Origin: a virus
Lineage: Duplodnaviria; Caudoviricetes
Direction: 5' to 3' (one strand)
DNA length: 33,359 nt
IMG/VR virus record: IMGVR_UViG_3300017777_001247
Coordinates: 1 to 33,359 of that record
The notes below the pieces were generated by a model, which saw nothing but the letters and a program-made list of their open reading frames with translations, did no database searches and was not told the DNA's origin. Below are positions 14,701-23,656 of this stretch, piece by piece; the stretch's first letter is position 1, and each line of letters opens with the position of its first letter. Made by a program: the position numbers and the translations under genes.

Positions 14701-16457
14701 AGTTCAATCTCAAACAGTTCTACGCCTTCTGCTCTGAGTTAAAGATTGAAACCAAAGAGCAAGGCTTACGTAATCTGGACAGTCTCCTCGGAACTCAGAC
14801 CTATGTCATGGATGAGATTACTAGCGGCCTAGAGAACGGTATCCATTTCTTTGTCATCTTGAAAGGCCGTCAGCTCGGCATCACCACAATAAGCCTAGCC
14901 TTAGACCTTTACTGGCACTACATCAATGCGGGGTTAAATGGAACGCTTGTTACAGACACAGAAGAAAACCGAGACATGTTCCGAGGCACGCTCGGCAGCT
15001 ACATGGATGGTTTACCAAAAGAATTCAAGATACCCATACTTGCACACAATCGGAACTCTCTTTCCCTCAAAAACAGAAGTCGTATCTTTTATCAAGTCGC
15101 TGGGCTTAGAGCGAAAGGAAGTCTTGGTCGTGGCAAGGGCATTACATTCCTTCACGGAACGGAAACTTCGTCGTGGGGAGATGAAGAAGGTCTAGCCTCC
15201 TTACTGGCGTCGTTAGCTGAAACCAATCCAAAGCGTCTCTACATATTCGAGTCCACTGCTCGCGGGTTCAATATGTTTCACGATATGTACGTGACCGCTA
15301 AGAGAGCGCGAACTCAAAAGGCAATCTTCTGCGGCTGGTGGCGCAATGAGTTCTATTCTGCTGCTCCAGAGACAGATGTGTACAAAGTCTATTGGGACGG
15401 CAAACTTACTCCTGAAGAAAAAGAGTGGACGCGAGATATTAAGAAGCTCTACAACGTAGAGATTAACTCGCGCCAGATGGCGTGGTGGCGTTGGAAAATG
15501 TTGGAAGGCATTAAGGACGATTCCTTGATGTATCAAGAGTTCCCGCCGACCGAAGACTATGCGTTCGTCATGACAGGCACATCGTTCTTTTCTAACGCAC
15601 GGTGTACTGACGCCATGAAGATTGCAAAGAAGATTGACTGCGACCATTACCGTTACGCGATGGGTGTCAACTTCCAAGACACTGAGGTAATTAAATCAAC
15701 TGAACGCCTGTCAACATTGAAGGTATGGGAGGAACCCATTGATACGGCTTATTACGTTATCGGTGCAGACCCTGCTTATGGTTCTTCTGATTGGGCTGAT
15801 AGGTTCTGCATTCAAGTCTTCCGTTGCTACTCTGACGGAATGGAACAGGTGGCAGAGTTTGCGACCTCTGAACTTAATACGTACCAGTTTGCGTGGGTTA
15901 TTTCGCATCTTGCTGGAGCCTACAAGAACTCGACGCTTAATCTTGAAGTTAATGGGCCGGGACAGGCTGTTCTAAATGAGATTAAGAACCTGCGCCGTCA
16001 AGCGGCAAGCATGGGCAACGCAATGGGCAAGAGTTTGATGGACGTCTATGGGTCCATGTCAAACTACATCTGGCGGCGTAATGACACAATGGGTGGGTTA
16101 TCTAACTCTCTAGGCTGGCTAACTACAGCAGCAACCAAAGAGCGAATGATGAACTACACCAAAGACTTGTTTGAACGCCAAATGCTAGACGTTTATTCCG
16201 TTGATACGATTGAGGAGATGAAGACCATCATTCGTGATGGCGCATCTATTGAGGCATCTGGTCGCAATAAAGATGACCGAGTAATGGCAATGGCCTTGGC
16301 GTGCGCCGCTTTCTCAGAACAAGTCCAGCCGCAACTTATCCAGCGCAAGCTAAGTCGTAAGGTTTCTAGAGAACTAGAACAAAAGACACCTGAACAACTT
16401 TCCGTCGGGAAAGGTGTATCCAATTATTTGAAAGCTATCGGCATCTATGGAAACTAA
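14697..16457 (+). CDS. terL: Terminase large subunit
   Basis: Walker A ILKGRQLGITT, Walker B-like FLHGTE, motif III ESTA, and nuclease motifs IGADPA and DDRVMA. Confidence 0.95.
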   Translation: MKFNLKQFYAFCSELKIETKEQGLRNLDSLLGTQTYVMDEITSGLENGIHFFVILKGRQLGITTISLALDLYWHYINAGLNGTLVTDTEENRDMFRGTLGSYMDGLPKEFKIPILAHNRNSLSLKNRSRIFYQVAGLRAKGSLGRGKGITFLHGTETSSWGDEEGLASLLASLAETNPKRLYIFESTARGFNMFHDMYVTAKRARTQKAIFCGWWRNEFYSAAPETDVYKVYWDGKLTPEEKEWTRDIKKLYNVEINSRQMAWWRWKMLEGIKDDSLMYQEFPPTEDYAFVMTGTSFFSNARCTDAMKIAKKIDCDHYRYAMGVNFQDTEVIKSTERLSTLKVWEEPIDTAYYVIGADPAYGSSDWADRFCIQVFRCYSDGMEQVAEFATSELNTYQFAWVISHLAGAYKNSTLNLEVNGPGQAVLNEIKNLRRQAASMGNAMGKSLMDVYGSMSNYIWRRNDTMGGLSNSLGWLTTAATKERMMNYTKDLFERQMLDVYSVDTIEEMKTIIRDGASIEASGRNKDDRVMAMALACAAFSEQVQPQLIQRKLSRKVSRELEQKTPEQLSVGKGVSNYLKAIGIYGN

Positions 16458-16854
16458 CGTCCTAGCCAAGAAGGAATTGATAGCGCAAATGCGTCGGTTC
16501 ATCCGAGATAAGGAACGTGGCATTTCCATGAAACTCTTTGCCGACTTGTGCGGGGTCAACAAGGCTCACTTGCTAGACGTTTTTTGGTATCGTTCCGAAC
16601 CCTTGACCGAATATATTCAGCGCAGAGTCGATAAAGGCTACAAAGCATGGCAGCGAGGCGAGGTAGCTATCATGCAATTGCGTAACCGAAGCAAATACAT
16701 TGAATACCGCAGGGAAGCTAAACCGAGAATACTACCCACTACTGGCCTACAAATGATTAATGGCAAGATAGGGATTAGATTAGGTATGAGGAATATAGAC
16801 GATTATTCGCAACCACCATTATTTGAAGGGGATAACAATGGCAGTTCTACATGA
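16447..16854 (+). CDS. Hypothetical protein with possible N-terminal HTH
   Basis: GISMKLFADLCGVNKAHL resembles an XRE-type helix-turn-helix. Confidence 0.55.
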   Translation: METNVLAKKELIAQMRRFIRDKERGISMKLFADLCGVNKAHLLDVFWYRSEPLTEYIQRRVDKGYKAWQRGEVAIMQLRNRSKYIEYRREAKPRILPTTGLQMINGKIGIRLGMRNIDDYSQPPLFEGDNNGSST

Positions 16855-17335
16855 TTACAAATGCCCAAAGCACGGCTACTTTGAGAGCAGAAAGGGGCAA
16901 TGCCCCATGAAAGACTGTTCCGAGGAGGTAGCAATAGTCTACTTGCAAGCTGTAGGCGCCATGTCAGACGGCACAAAGAAGAACGACAAGACCATTAAGC
17001 AGTTGGCGATGGATTTTGATATGACAAACATCAAATCTACCCGTGAAGGCGAGAATCAAGCGGGATTCTTTACCAGAAAGAACAAAACCTCTAAGAAACA
17101 GCTTGAGAAGGAAGCAGCTATCGCATCTCAGCGTCCTAGAGAGCCAAGACCGGGGGATTCCGCTATTTGGGGCGGGGATAACCGTTATAGCTTGGGAAAT
17201 GTAATAAAAGGCGGTGCTGTACGGTCAGTTATGGGAGAATCGGTCGGAATGAACCCAAGAGACGCTGGAAACTTGACAGGACCCAAGGCTGCGTCGTACA
17301 TTGCCGACCATGAAAACCTACAAGTGAAGTCCTAA
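16838..17335 (+). CDS. Zinc-ribbon (FmdB-like) protein
   Basis: HDYKCPKHG.FE...CP..DC; start at ATG 16838 behind GGGGATAAC. Confidence 0.65.
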   Translation: MAVLHDYKCPKHGYFESRKGQCPMKDCSEEVAIVYLQAVGAMSDGTKKNDKTIKQLAMDFDMTNIKSTREGENQAGFFTRKNKTSKKQLEKEAAIASQRPREPRPGDSAIWGGDNRYSLGNVIKGGAVRSVMGESVGMNPRDAGNLTGPKAASYIADHENLQVKS

Positions 17336-18958
17336 ATGCGGATACCAACCAAAGACTTAGAGCGTGAGTTCTTCTACCGCGACTTAATCGAAAAGTGCAT
17401 GGTGTCGTTGATTGAGCGAAAAGGTGACTACGCTTCTCTGCGTGCTTGGTTTTTGTTCGGTGCCGGACCCGATGAAAACCCCGCCCTATTCAATAAGATT
17501 TATCCGCACATTGACCAACTAACATCGTTCTTATATTCCGCTGAGACAACACGTTTTTCTATTAACGTCGGCGCGTCAGTAGCTGGACAAGAACACACTA
17601 AAATTCCAAAGCTAACATCAGCCTTGAATGATGAGTGGCTAAATTCTAATTGCGACCAAGTATTCTCATCTGCACTAACGTGGTCCTTGGTATTTAACTC
17701 GACCTTTATCAAACTTGTTGTCAACAACGGTATCCATCCCTACATGGTAGAGCCTAGCTCGATAGGCGTTCTACGTGAAGACGTTACCTACACTGACAGG
17801 CAAGAAGCAATAGTTCAAACCTATTACATTACGAAATCCGATTTATACAATCGATTGTATAGTCACCCTAAACGGGAAGAAATCGTAAAGAAGATACAAG
17901 TAGCAATGCACACCAAGACCGAAAATATGCCAGAGGGTCTTGACCGCCTTATCATCTCTCAGTCAAACCCAACTATCTTTGGTAACGTCAACTTAGACTT
18001 GTACGGCACTAATCGTTACAAAGCCCGTGTTGCTGAAGACACCGTGAAGATGTATGAGTTGTGGATATGGAACGATGAGATTGAAGATTATCAAGTGGTC
18101 ACGATGGCTGACCCTGACATCTTTATCTATGACCGTCCGGGTGCCTCAGTATTTTTAAAAGGCGAATTGCCATTTATTCAAATTTGCCCTAACCCGCAGT
18201 TTGATTATTATTGGGGTCAAAGTGAAGTTGCCCGTCTAAACTTGCTGCAAGCTGTACGAAATAACCGAATGTCAGAGATATTGGATTTGTTATCCAAGCA
18301 AGTGTCTCCTCCAAAGGTGTTCTCTGGCTTTATGGGTATTACGGATGAGAAAGCCTTTGCGTTTAATCGTCCCGGCTCGTTTGTCTCCAGTGATATGCCA
18401 AATGCCAAGGTAGATTCAGTTGCACCAGAGATGCCATCGTCACTATTTGAGGTAATCCATGAAATTGATGCAATGTTTGCAGAAGCATCTGGAATATCAA
18501 GTGTTCTGTCTGGTCGTGGTGAGCAAGGTGTGCGCTCCGCTGGTCATGCTTCTCAGTTGGCCCGTCTTGGAAGTTCTCGCGCAAAGAAACGTGCCTTAAT
18601 TGTTGAAGACAGCTTAGAAAAAGTAGCTACGCTGTACTTGAAGTTGATTCAAGCCTACGACAACACTCATTTTACGGATGAAGAAGGCAATAAGTTTATT
18701 GCTGAACAATTTACCAAAGATTTTGTCGTGAAAGTGGACGCTCACTCCAATAGCCCGATATTTACAGAAGATATGCGTCAGTTAGCGTTTAACCTGTTTA
18801 AAGCTCAAGCTATTGATAAAGAATCTTTGCTTGACTTGCTAGAGCCGCCAATGAAACAATTGTTAATAGATAAATTAAAGAAGCGCGAAAAGACGCAAGC
18901 GCAACAGCCTCAAGCAAAACCTGAAGGTAAACCAGATTTAAAAGCAGTGGAGGGATAA
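17336..18958 (+). CDS. Portal protein (P22-like)
   Basis: 540 aa between terL and scaffold/capsid; N.I...ID, LPF...P...YWG and SGIS....G patterns. Confidence 0.85.
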   Translation: MRIPTKDLEREFFYRDLIEKCMVSLIERKGDYASLRAWFLFGAGPDENPALFNKIYPHIDQLTSFLYSAETTRFSINVGASVAGQEHTKIPKLTSALNDEWLNSNCDQVFSSALTWSLVFNSTFIKLVVNNGIHPYMVEPSSIGVLREDVTYTDRQEAIVQTYYITKSDLYNRLYSHPKREEIVKKIQVAMHTKTENMPEGLDRLIISQSNPTIFGNVNLDLYGTNRYKARVAEDTVKMYELWIWNDEIEDYQVVTMADPDIFIYDRPGASVFLKGELPFIQICPNPQFDYYWGQSEVARLNLLQAVRNNRMSEILDLLSKQVSPPKVFSGFMGITDEKAFAFNRPGSFVSSDMPNAKVDSVAPEMPSSLFEVIHEIDAMFAEASGISSVLSGRGEQGVRSAGHASQLARLGSSRAKKRALIVEDSLEKVATLYLKLIQAYDNTHFTDEEGNKFIAEQFTKDFVVKVDAHSNSPIFTEDMRQLAFNLFKAQAIDKESLLDLLEPPMKQLLIDKLKKREKTQAQQPQAKPEGKPDLKAVEG

Positions 18959-19122
18959 TGGCAACTAAACCTGATTACTCGCCAAAAGCAGACCAGCCGA
19001 GAGTACAGACCGGCGAATTAAAAAGGGCTGAGGCTGCGCCATCCATGCAGTATCGGGTGTCGGGCATAAAGTCTTTTAATCCCCGTCAAGCAAGAAAGAT
19101 GGGCCGTATGGGTGAACGATAG
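18958..19122 (+). CDS. 54-aa hypothetical protein; not in the ORF track
   Basis: TAATG coupling with the portal gene and GGAGG RBS; MATKPDYSPKADQPRV... Confidence 0.7.
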   Translation: MATKPDYSPKADQPRVQTGELKRAEAAPSMQYRVSGIKSFNPRQARKMGRMGER

Positions 19123-19131
19123 GAGTACATC

Positions 19132-19173
19132 ATGTACAAAAAAATGAAGCGCGGTCGTAAGACCCGTCGTTAA
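19132..19173 (+). CDS. 13-aa basic micropeptide MYKKMKRGRKTRR
   Basis: AGGAG RBS 6 nt before the ATG. Confidence 0.6.
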   Translation: MYKKMKRGRKTRR

Positions 19174-19241
19174 TTCCCGCAAGGGATGAGGTATGGCTGA
19201 CTTCCTCTCCTAAGTTGGCCGCGGCTAATTGGAGAAATCAC

Positions 19242-19283
19242 ATGGCACGCATGAAACGTAAAGGCCGTAAAGGTTGCAAGTAA
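19242..19283 (+). CDS. 13-aa basic micropeptide MARMKRKGRKGCK
   Basis: GGAGA RBS 6 nt before the ATG; similar to the preceding peptide. Confidence 0.6.
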   Translation: MARMKRKGRKGCK

Positions 19284-19332
19284 TTAGTCCCTTGTGGATT
19301 AAACCCAAGGGGGAGGGGAAATACTCCCCCAC

Positions 19333-19360
19333 TTGACATTTGCTGATAGTCTGTTCTAAT
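19333..19360 (+). promoter_or_regulatory. Sigma70-type promoter upstream of the scaffold/capsid genes
   Basis: TTGACA-16 nt-TCTAAT with an extended -10 TG. Confidence 0.6.
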
Positions 19361-19389
19361 CGCGTCTAGATTGACGATAGAGGTTATTT

Positions 19390-19890
19390 ATGAGCGTACC
19401 ACCCGATAAGTTAATGGAATTGATTGGCAAGCAGCAAGGTAATCCTGCTGAAACTCTTCCTCCTGATACCACCTCAATGTCTGACCCGTCTACGTCTCCT
19501 ATGTCGGCACCGATGTCTACGCCAGAACCAAAGATGGGGAATCGTGAAGGTGCGATGGTCAACATTTCAATGGCAATGGATTTGATTGAGCAAGCCTTGC
19601 CAAGTCTAGGAAGTCAATCCGTAGAAGGTCAAAAAGCGTTAGCCGCTATTCGTTCGTTGACAAGCGTAATTGGCCCTCGCAAGCAAAAAACAAATGAACT
19701 CCAGCAATCTGAGATTATCCAGATGCTACAGAACTTGCCGCAAGCCGGTGGCGGTACGCCTGAAGGCCGTGCAATGTCGCAAGCTCCTATGGTCCCGAAC
19801 CTCCCGCCAATGCCCGGAGCAGAACCTTCTCCGATGAGTATGCCCGGTGCTGGTGGTGGCGGTGCTTTACCCCAACCCACTCCAATGTAA
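19390..19890 (+). CDS. Pro/Met-rich head-morphogenesis-region protein
   Basis: GAGG RBS; disordered termini around a helical core. Confidence 0.75.
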   Translation: MSVPPDKLMELIGKQQGNPAETLPPDTTSMSDPSTSPMSAPMSTPEPKMGNREGAMVNISMAMDLIEQALPSLGSQSVEGQKALAAIRSLTSVIGPRKQKTNELQQSEIIQMLQNLPQAGGGTPEGRAMSQAPMVPNLPPMPGAEPSPMSMPGAGGGGALPQPTPM

Positions 19891-19899
19891 GGAATTATC

Positions 19900-20085
19900 A
19901 TGGACCTGTTTAAACCAAGAGGTGCCAATAGCCCTCGCCGCCCTACCGACAACAACCAGCAAAACGGTGTTGTAACGAACCCTCCCCGCTATGCAGACTT
20001 TGGTGGTCTTAATGCTGCTAACAAAATTGGTAGCAAAAATAAGATGGGTGTTCAAAAACCCGGTGACGGTAAAAAAGTAATCTAA
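19900..20085 (+). CDS. Hypothetical protein (61 aa)
   Basis: AAGGA RBS. Confidence 0.75.
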   Translation: MDLFKPRGANSPRRPTDNNQQNGVVTNPPRYADFGGLNAANKIGSKNKMGVQKPGDGKKVI

Positions 20086-20103
20086 CGTAGTTAGGGGATA
20101 AAA

Positions 20104-20634
20104 ATGAGTCTTGAAGATATGTCTTTTGAGCAACGCGACCAATTAGCGTTGTTAATGCGTGAACTTTCCGATAATCCAGCAACCAGAAAAGATGTTCTGC
20201 GTTTAACTAAGCAAATTAAACCAGACCTAGTTATTCCTGAACTGGATATTGAAAGTAACACTAAATCGCACATTGATAAGCTAGAACAGCGGCTTATGGA
20301 ACGTGATGCAAAAGAGAGAGAGCAAGATGCTGTACGCGACCTTGAATCACGCCGTAACAAGTTAATGAAAAAAGGTTTTGTTCAGAACGAAGACGATATT
20401 CACGAAGTTGAAAAGATTATGCTTGAAAAAGGCATAACTAATCACGAATCGGCAGCGGAATACTGGCAGTGGATGAAACAATCCGCTACACCAACGCCTA
20501 TAGGTTACAACCCGTCAGCCGTCAGTAAGTTCGATTTAGGTAAATACTACAAGAACCCTGTTGGTGCAGCTAGAGATGAAGCATCAAAAGCACTCCAAGA
20601 GTTGCGTCAAAATAAGCGACCCATTGGATTTTAA
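20104..20634 (+). CDS. Probable capsid scaffolding protein
   Basis: Charged coiled-coil protein directly upstream of the capsid gene. Confidence 0.65.
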   Translation: MSLEDMSFEQRDQLALLMRELSDNPATRKDVLRLTKQIKPDLVIPELDIESNTKSHIDKLEQRLMERDAKEREQDAVRDLESRRNKLMKKGFVQNEDDIHEVEKIMLEKGITNHESAAEYWQWMKQSATPTPIGYNPSAVSKFDLGKYYKNPVGAARDEASKALQELRQNKRPIGF

Positions 20635-20668
20635 TTTAGTAGGGGATAAAGTTTTTTAGGAGATAACC

Positions 20669-21670
20669 ATGCCTATTGGTGGCGGTATCATTCCAGCAAC
20701 AGGTAGTACGCAATATACCGAGTTGACTTACGTCACACGGCGTGCGTTCATTCCGAAGCTGGTAGTTCAACTATATAATTCGACTCCGCTAATGGCGGCT
20801 CTGATTGCTAACTCGCAACAGGCTTCCGGTGGTGTTTCTTCCGTAACCGTTCCCGTTCAAGGCGCACAGTTTGTGAACGCACAATGGTCTGATTACTCTG
20901 GTTCGTTTAACCAGCCATCAGTCCAGCAAGGTGCTTTCAACGCTGAATTCGACTTGAAGCTGATGATTGCTCCAGTACCGTTCCTCGGTATGGAAGGCGC
21001 AGTTCAACAGGACGCTGCAATCATTCCTTTGATTGAAGCTCGTATGAACGATGCGACTAACGTGATGATGGATGCAATGGCAACCGCCTTGTACACCAAC
21101 AGCACCAACACGCAACAGTTCACTGGCTTGCCAGCCGCTGTTTCTGCTTCTGGCACTTACGGCAATATTAGCCGTTCGGCGTTTACTTGGTGGCAGTCAA
21201 AGTCGTATACAGCCGGTAACGTAAACCCAACTCGTCAAAACATCCTGCAATACATTTCTGGTACCGTTAAAAACAGTGCTGAAGTGCCTTCGTTTGGTGT
21301 TTGCGGTTTTGGTACATGGACCCTGTTGGCTCAAGACTTTGTTGGTCAAGAGCAATATGTTATCACTCCGGGTTCCGGTTTTGACAGCGACTCCAACGGC
21401 CCACAAGCAGCGTTTCGTGCTTTGATGGTCGCTGGCGTACCTATTTATCCTGACCCCTACTGTCCAGAAGGTACGGTTTACTTCCTGAACACTAACTACC
21501 TGTCGCTTTACATCCATGAGCAAGGTTCGTTCGTGTTTACTGGTTTTGAATCGACTCTACCTAACTGGCAGATTGGTTACGTTGGTGCTGTATTGATGAT
21601 TGCTGAGTTGGTTTCAACTAAGCCTAAGTCAATGTCAGTGGTGTCGGGTTACAACTCTCTCAGCATATAA
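20669..21670 (+). CDS. Major capsid protein
   Basis: 333 aa; AGGAG RBS; strong codon bias; HK97-fold-like pattern (GL..AV, GVPIY.D..CP.G.VYFLNT). Confidence 0.88.
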   Translation: MPIGGGIIPATGSTQYTELTYVTRRAFIPKLVVQLYNSTPLMAALIANSQQASGGVSSVTVPVQGAQFVNAQWSDYSGSFNQPSVQQGAFNAEFDLKLMIAPVPFLGMEGAVQQDAAIIPLIEARMNDATNVMMDAMATALYTNSTNTQQFTGLPAAVSASGTYGNISRSAFTWWQSKSYTAGNVNPTRQNILQYISGTVKNSAEVPSFGVCGFGTWTLLAQDFVGQEQYVITPGSGFDSDSNGPQAAFRALMVAGVPIYPDPYCPEGTVYFLNTNYLSLYIHEQGSFVFTGFESTLPNWQIGYVGAVLMIAELVSTKPKSMSVVSGYNSLSI

Positions 21671-21680
21671 GGAGCTAACC

Positions 21681-22004
21681 ATGTCACTAAGTACCAATAA
21701 AATCATCCTTTCGGGCGCAGCAACCAACACCGCCGGTGCCTATTTTCTGACCACTACTATTAGCGCAGTTAGTACGGGTAATGGCACAGTTATTCCAGCG
21801 GGTGTTTATTTGATGTTTCCAACAGCAAATACATCTATTTTGGCTTTCAACGGTACGGCAAATGCAACATTGATGGTAGCAAACACAGGCGGCGTCATTA
21901 TTTCTGATGGCGTAAACGTGTATGCAAAATCAACTGGCACAGAAACCGTTACCCTGCTGGCTACTAATGGCGGTCAGAACGTCAGCAGCACCTACGTATC
22001 GTAA
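21681..22004 (+). CDS. Small beta-rich virion protein (possible capsid decoration)
   Basis: AAGGAG RBS before ATG 21681; follows the MCP gene. Confidence 0.65.
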   Translation: MSLSTNKIILSGAATNTAGAYFLTTTISAVSTGNGTVIPAGVYLMFPTANTSILAFNGTANATLMVANTGGVIISDGVNVYAKSTGTETVTLLATNGGQNVSSTYVS

Positions 22005-22013
22005 GGGGGAACT

Positions 22014-22460
22014 ATGGCAAATCCAGATTCAGTCTCGCAAAAATTACCCGACAGTTTTGGTAATTACGCAATTGCCGGAACTACTGCTGCGTCTTTGGCT
22101 GCCACTGGAAATGCTGTTGTTGCCCTTCCCATTCTTTCGGGTGGGTTGACTGCTGGTAATACTGTAGTTTCTTCCGGTGCTGTTATTGTTCGTCGCGTGA
22201 CTATTCAAAATCCTAGTGCTAACGTATCTACGGGCAACATTTCGATTTTGACTAGCAGCGACGGCAATGTAAGCAATGTGGTAGTGGCTAACGTAGTTCT
22301 TAGCAGTTTAACGGGTACTGGCACATTCCAAGACGTAACCATCTCTGGTGGTAACGTCATTGTGTCAGGTTACAACAGCCAAGCCTTATTCTTGAAAGTT
22401 AATACTGCCGTTGCTGGCACTATTGATATTCGGGTGTATGGCGACACAGTGAACTTTTAA
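22014..22460 (+). CDS. Beta-rich virion structural protein
   Basis: V/S/T/N/G-rich; lies in the head cluster. Confidence 0.65.
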   Translation: MANPDSVSQKLPDSFGNYAIAGTTAASLAATGNAVVALPILSGGLTAGNTVVSSGAVIVRRVTIQNPSANVSTGNISILTSSDGNVSNVVVANVVLSSLTGTGTFQDVTISGGNVIVSGYNSQALFLKVNTAVAGTIDIRVYGDTVNF

Positions 22461-22462
22461 TT

Positions 22463-22795
22463 ATGCAAAACGTCTATGTGACAAACAAATGGGAAAAATC
22501 CATAACCTTTAGTTTCAACTACATACCTTACACATTTCCTGTGGGTGAGAGTGTAGAGGTGCCGCTGGAGGCTGTTTGTCACATATTCGGGCATAACGAC
22601 CCTGATAAAGAACCGTATATGGCGCGGTTGGCTATGATTCAGACGAAGGCAGATATTCCTGCCGGATTAAAAATCCTTGAAAAGATTCTGATTACGGACC
22701 AGCCGCCAAAGAAAGTCCACTCGTTATCCCCGGTGGTTGAAAGAGTACCCCTGCCTTCTAAAGAGGCTGGGGGAAAAGTCAACGTAGCAGCTTAA
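22463..22795 (+). CDS. Hypothetical protein
   Basis: Fills the gap in the late operon. Confidence 0.7.
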   Translation: MQNVYVTNKWEKSITFSFNYIPYTFPVGESVEVPLEAVCHIFGHNDPDKEPYMARLAMIQTKADIPAGLKILEKILITDQPPKKVHSLSPVVERVPLPSKEAGGKVNVAA

Positions 22796-22807
22796 TATGG
22801 ACCGTAA

Positions 22808-23653
22808 ATGTCGCAGACACTGCAAAGCTACATTACTGCTGTCAGATACTTGTTGCACGATGCAAACGCAAACTTTTACACCAACAGTCAACTAACTGAC
22901 TACATCAACGGTGCTAGAGCGCGAGTTGTTCGTGACACAGGTTGTCTTCGCACGGTCCAAACAAGTCAAACGCCTTGTACCCCTGTAGCTGGTGGAAGAA
23001 AGCCTGTTATTTGGTCATCCGGCTTAGTTGTAACTGTGGGTGATTACGTATTTTCCAATATCTTTATTTATGCGGTAACTGTTGGTGGAACTTTGGGAGC
23101 AGCTCCCGATTATCCTTCTTCGTATGACATTTACCCGCCAAGCACACCGTTTACTAGCGGCATGGCTACTGTTCAGTACGCCGGTCCTTCAGAAATAATT
23201 AATTATTCTTGTTTGCCGTCTGGAGTTTTAACTTTGGACGTCATCAACATTAACCTCTATTGGGGAAATTCCAGAATACCGTTGCGCTATATGCCTTGGA
23301 CAGACTTTAACGCACAGTTGCGTTACTGGCAGAACCGCATCGGAACGCCGGTTGCTTTTAGTATATACGGGCAATCTCAAATCTATATTGGACCCGTTCC
23401 TGACATAGCTTACACAATTGATTTAGATACGGTTCTCCTGCCAACAGATTTAGTAAATCTGTCTGATGCGGATAATATTAACGAACCTTTTTCTTCTCCA
23501 GTTAAGTTTTATGCTGCTTACCTTGCTAAATACTACGAACAATCGTTCGGTGAATCTGAGATTTATTTAGGTCAGTACAAACAGCAAATTCAAGCGGTTC
23601 AGGCATCCATTTACACTCGGAGACTGCCTGACCCTTACTCAAGAGCGTACTAA
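22808..23653 (+). CDS. Head-tail adaptor protein with an inserted domain
   Basis: TL..YI..VR.LL.D...F.....L..YIN N-terminus, G.P..F...I.IGPVPD, and a helical C-terminus. Confidence 0.7.
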   Translation: MSQTLQSYITAVRYLLHDANANFYTNSQLTDYINGARARVVRDTGCLRTVQTSQTPCTPVAGGRKPVIWSSGLVVTVGDYVFSNIFIYAVTVGGTLGAAPDYPSSYDIYPPSTPFTSGMATVQYAGPSEIINYSCLPSGVLTLDVININLYWGNSRIPLRYMPWTDFNAQLRYWQNRIGTPVAFSIYGQSQIYIGPVPDIAYTIDLDTVLLPTDLVNLSDADNINEPFSSPVKFYAAYLAKYYEQSFGESEIYLGQYKQQIQAVQASIYTRRLPDPYSRAY

Positions 23654-23656
23654 GTC

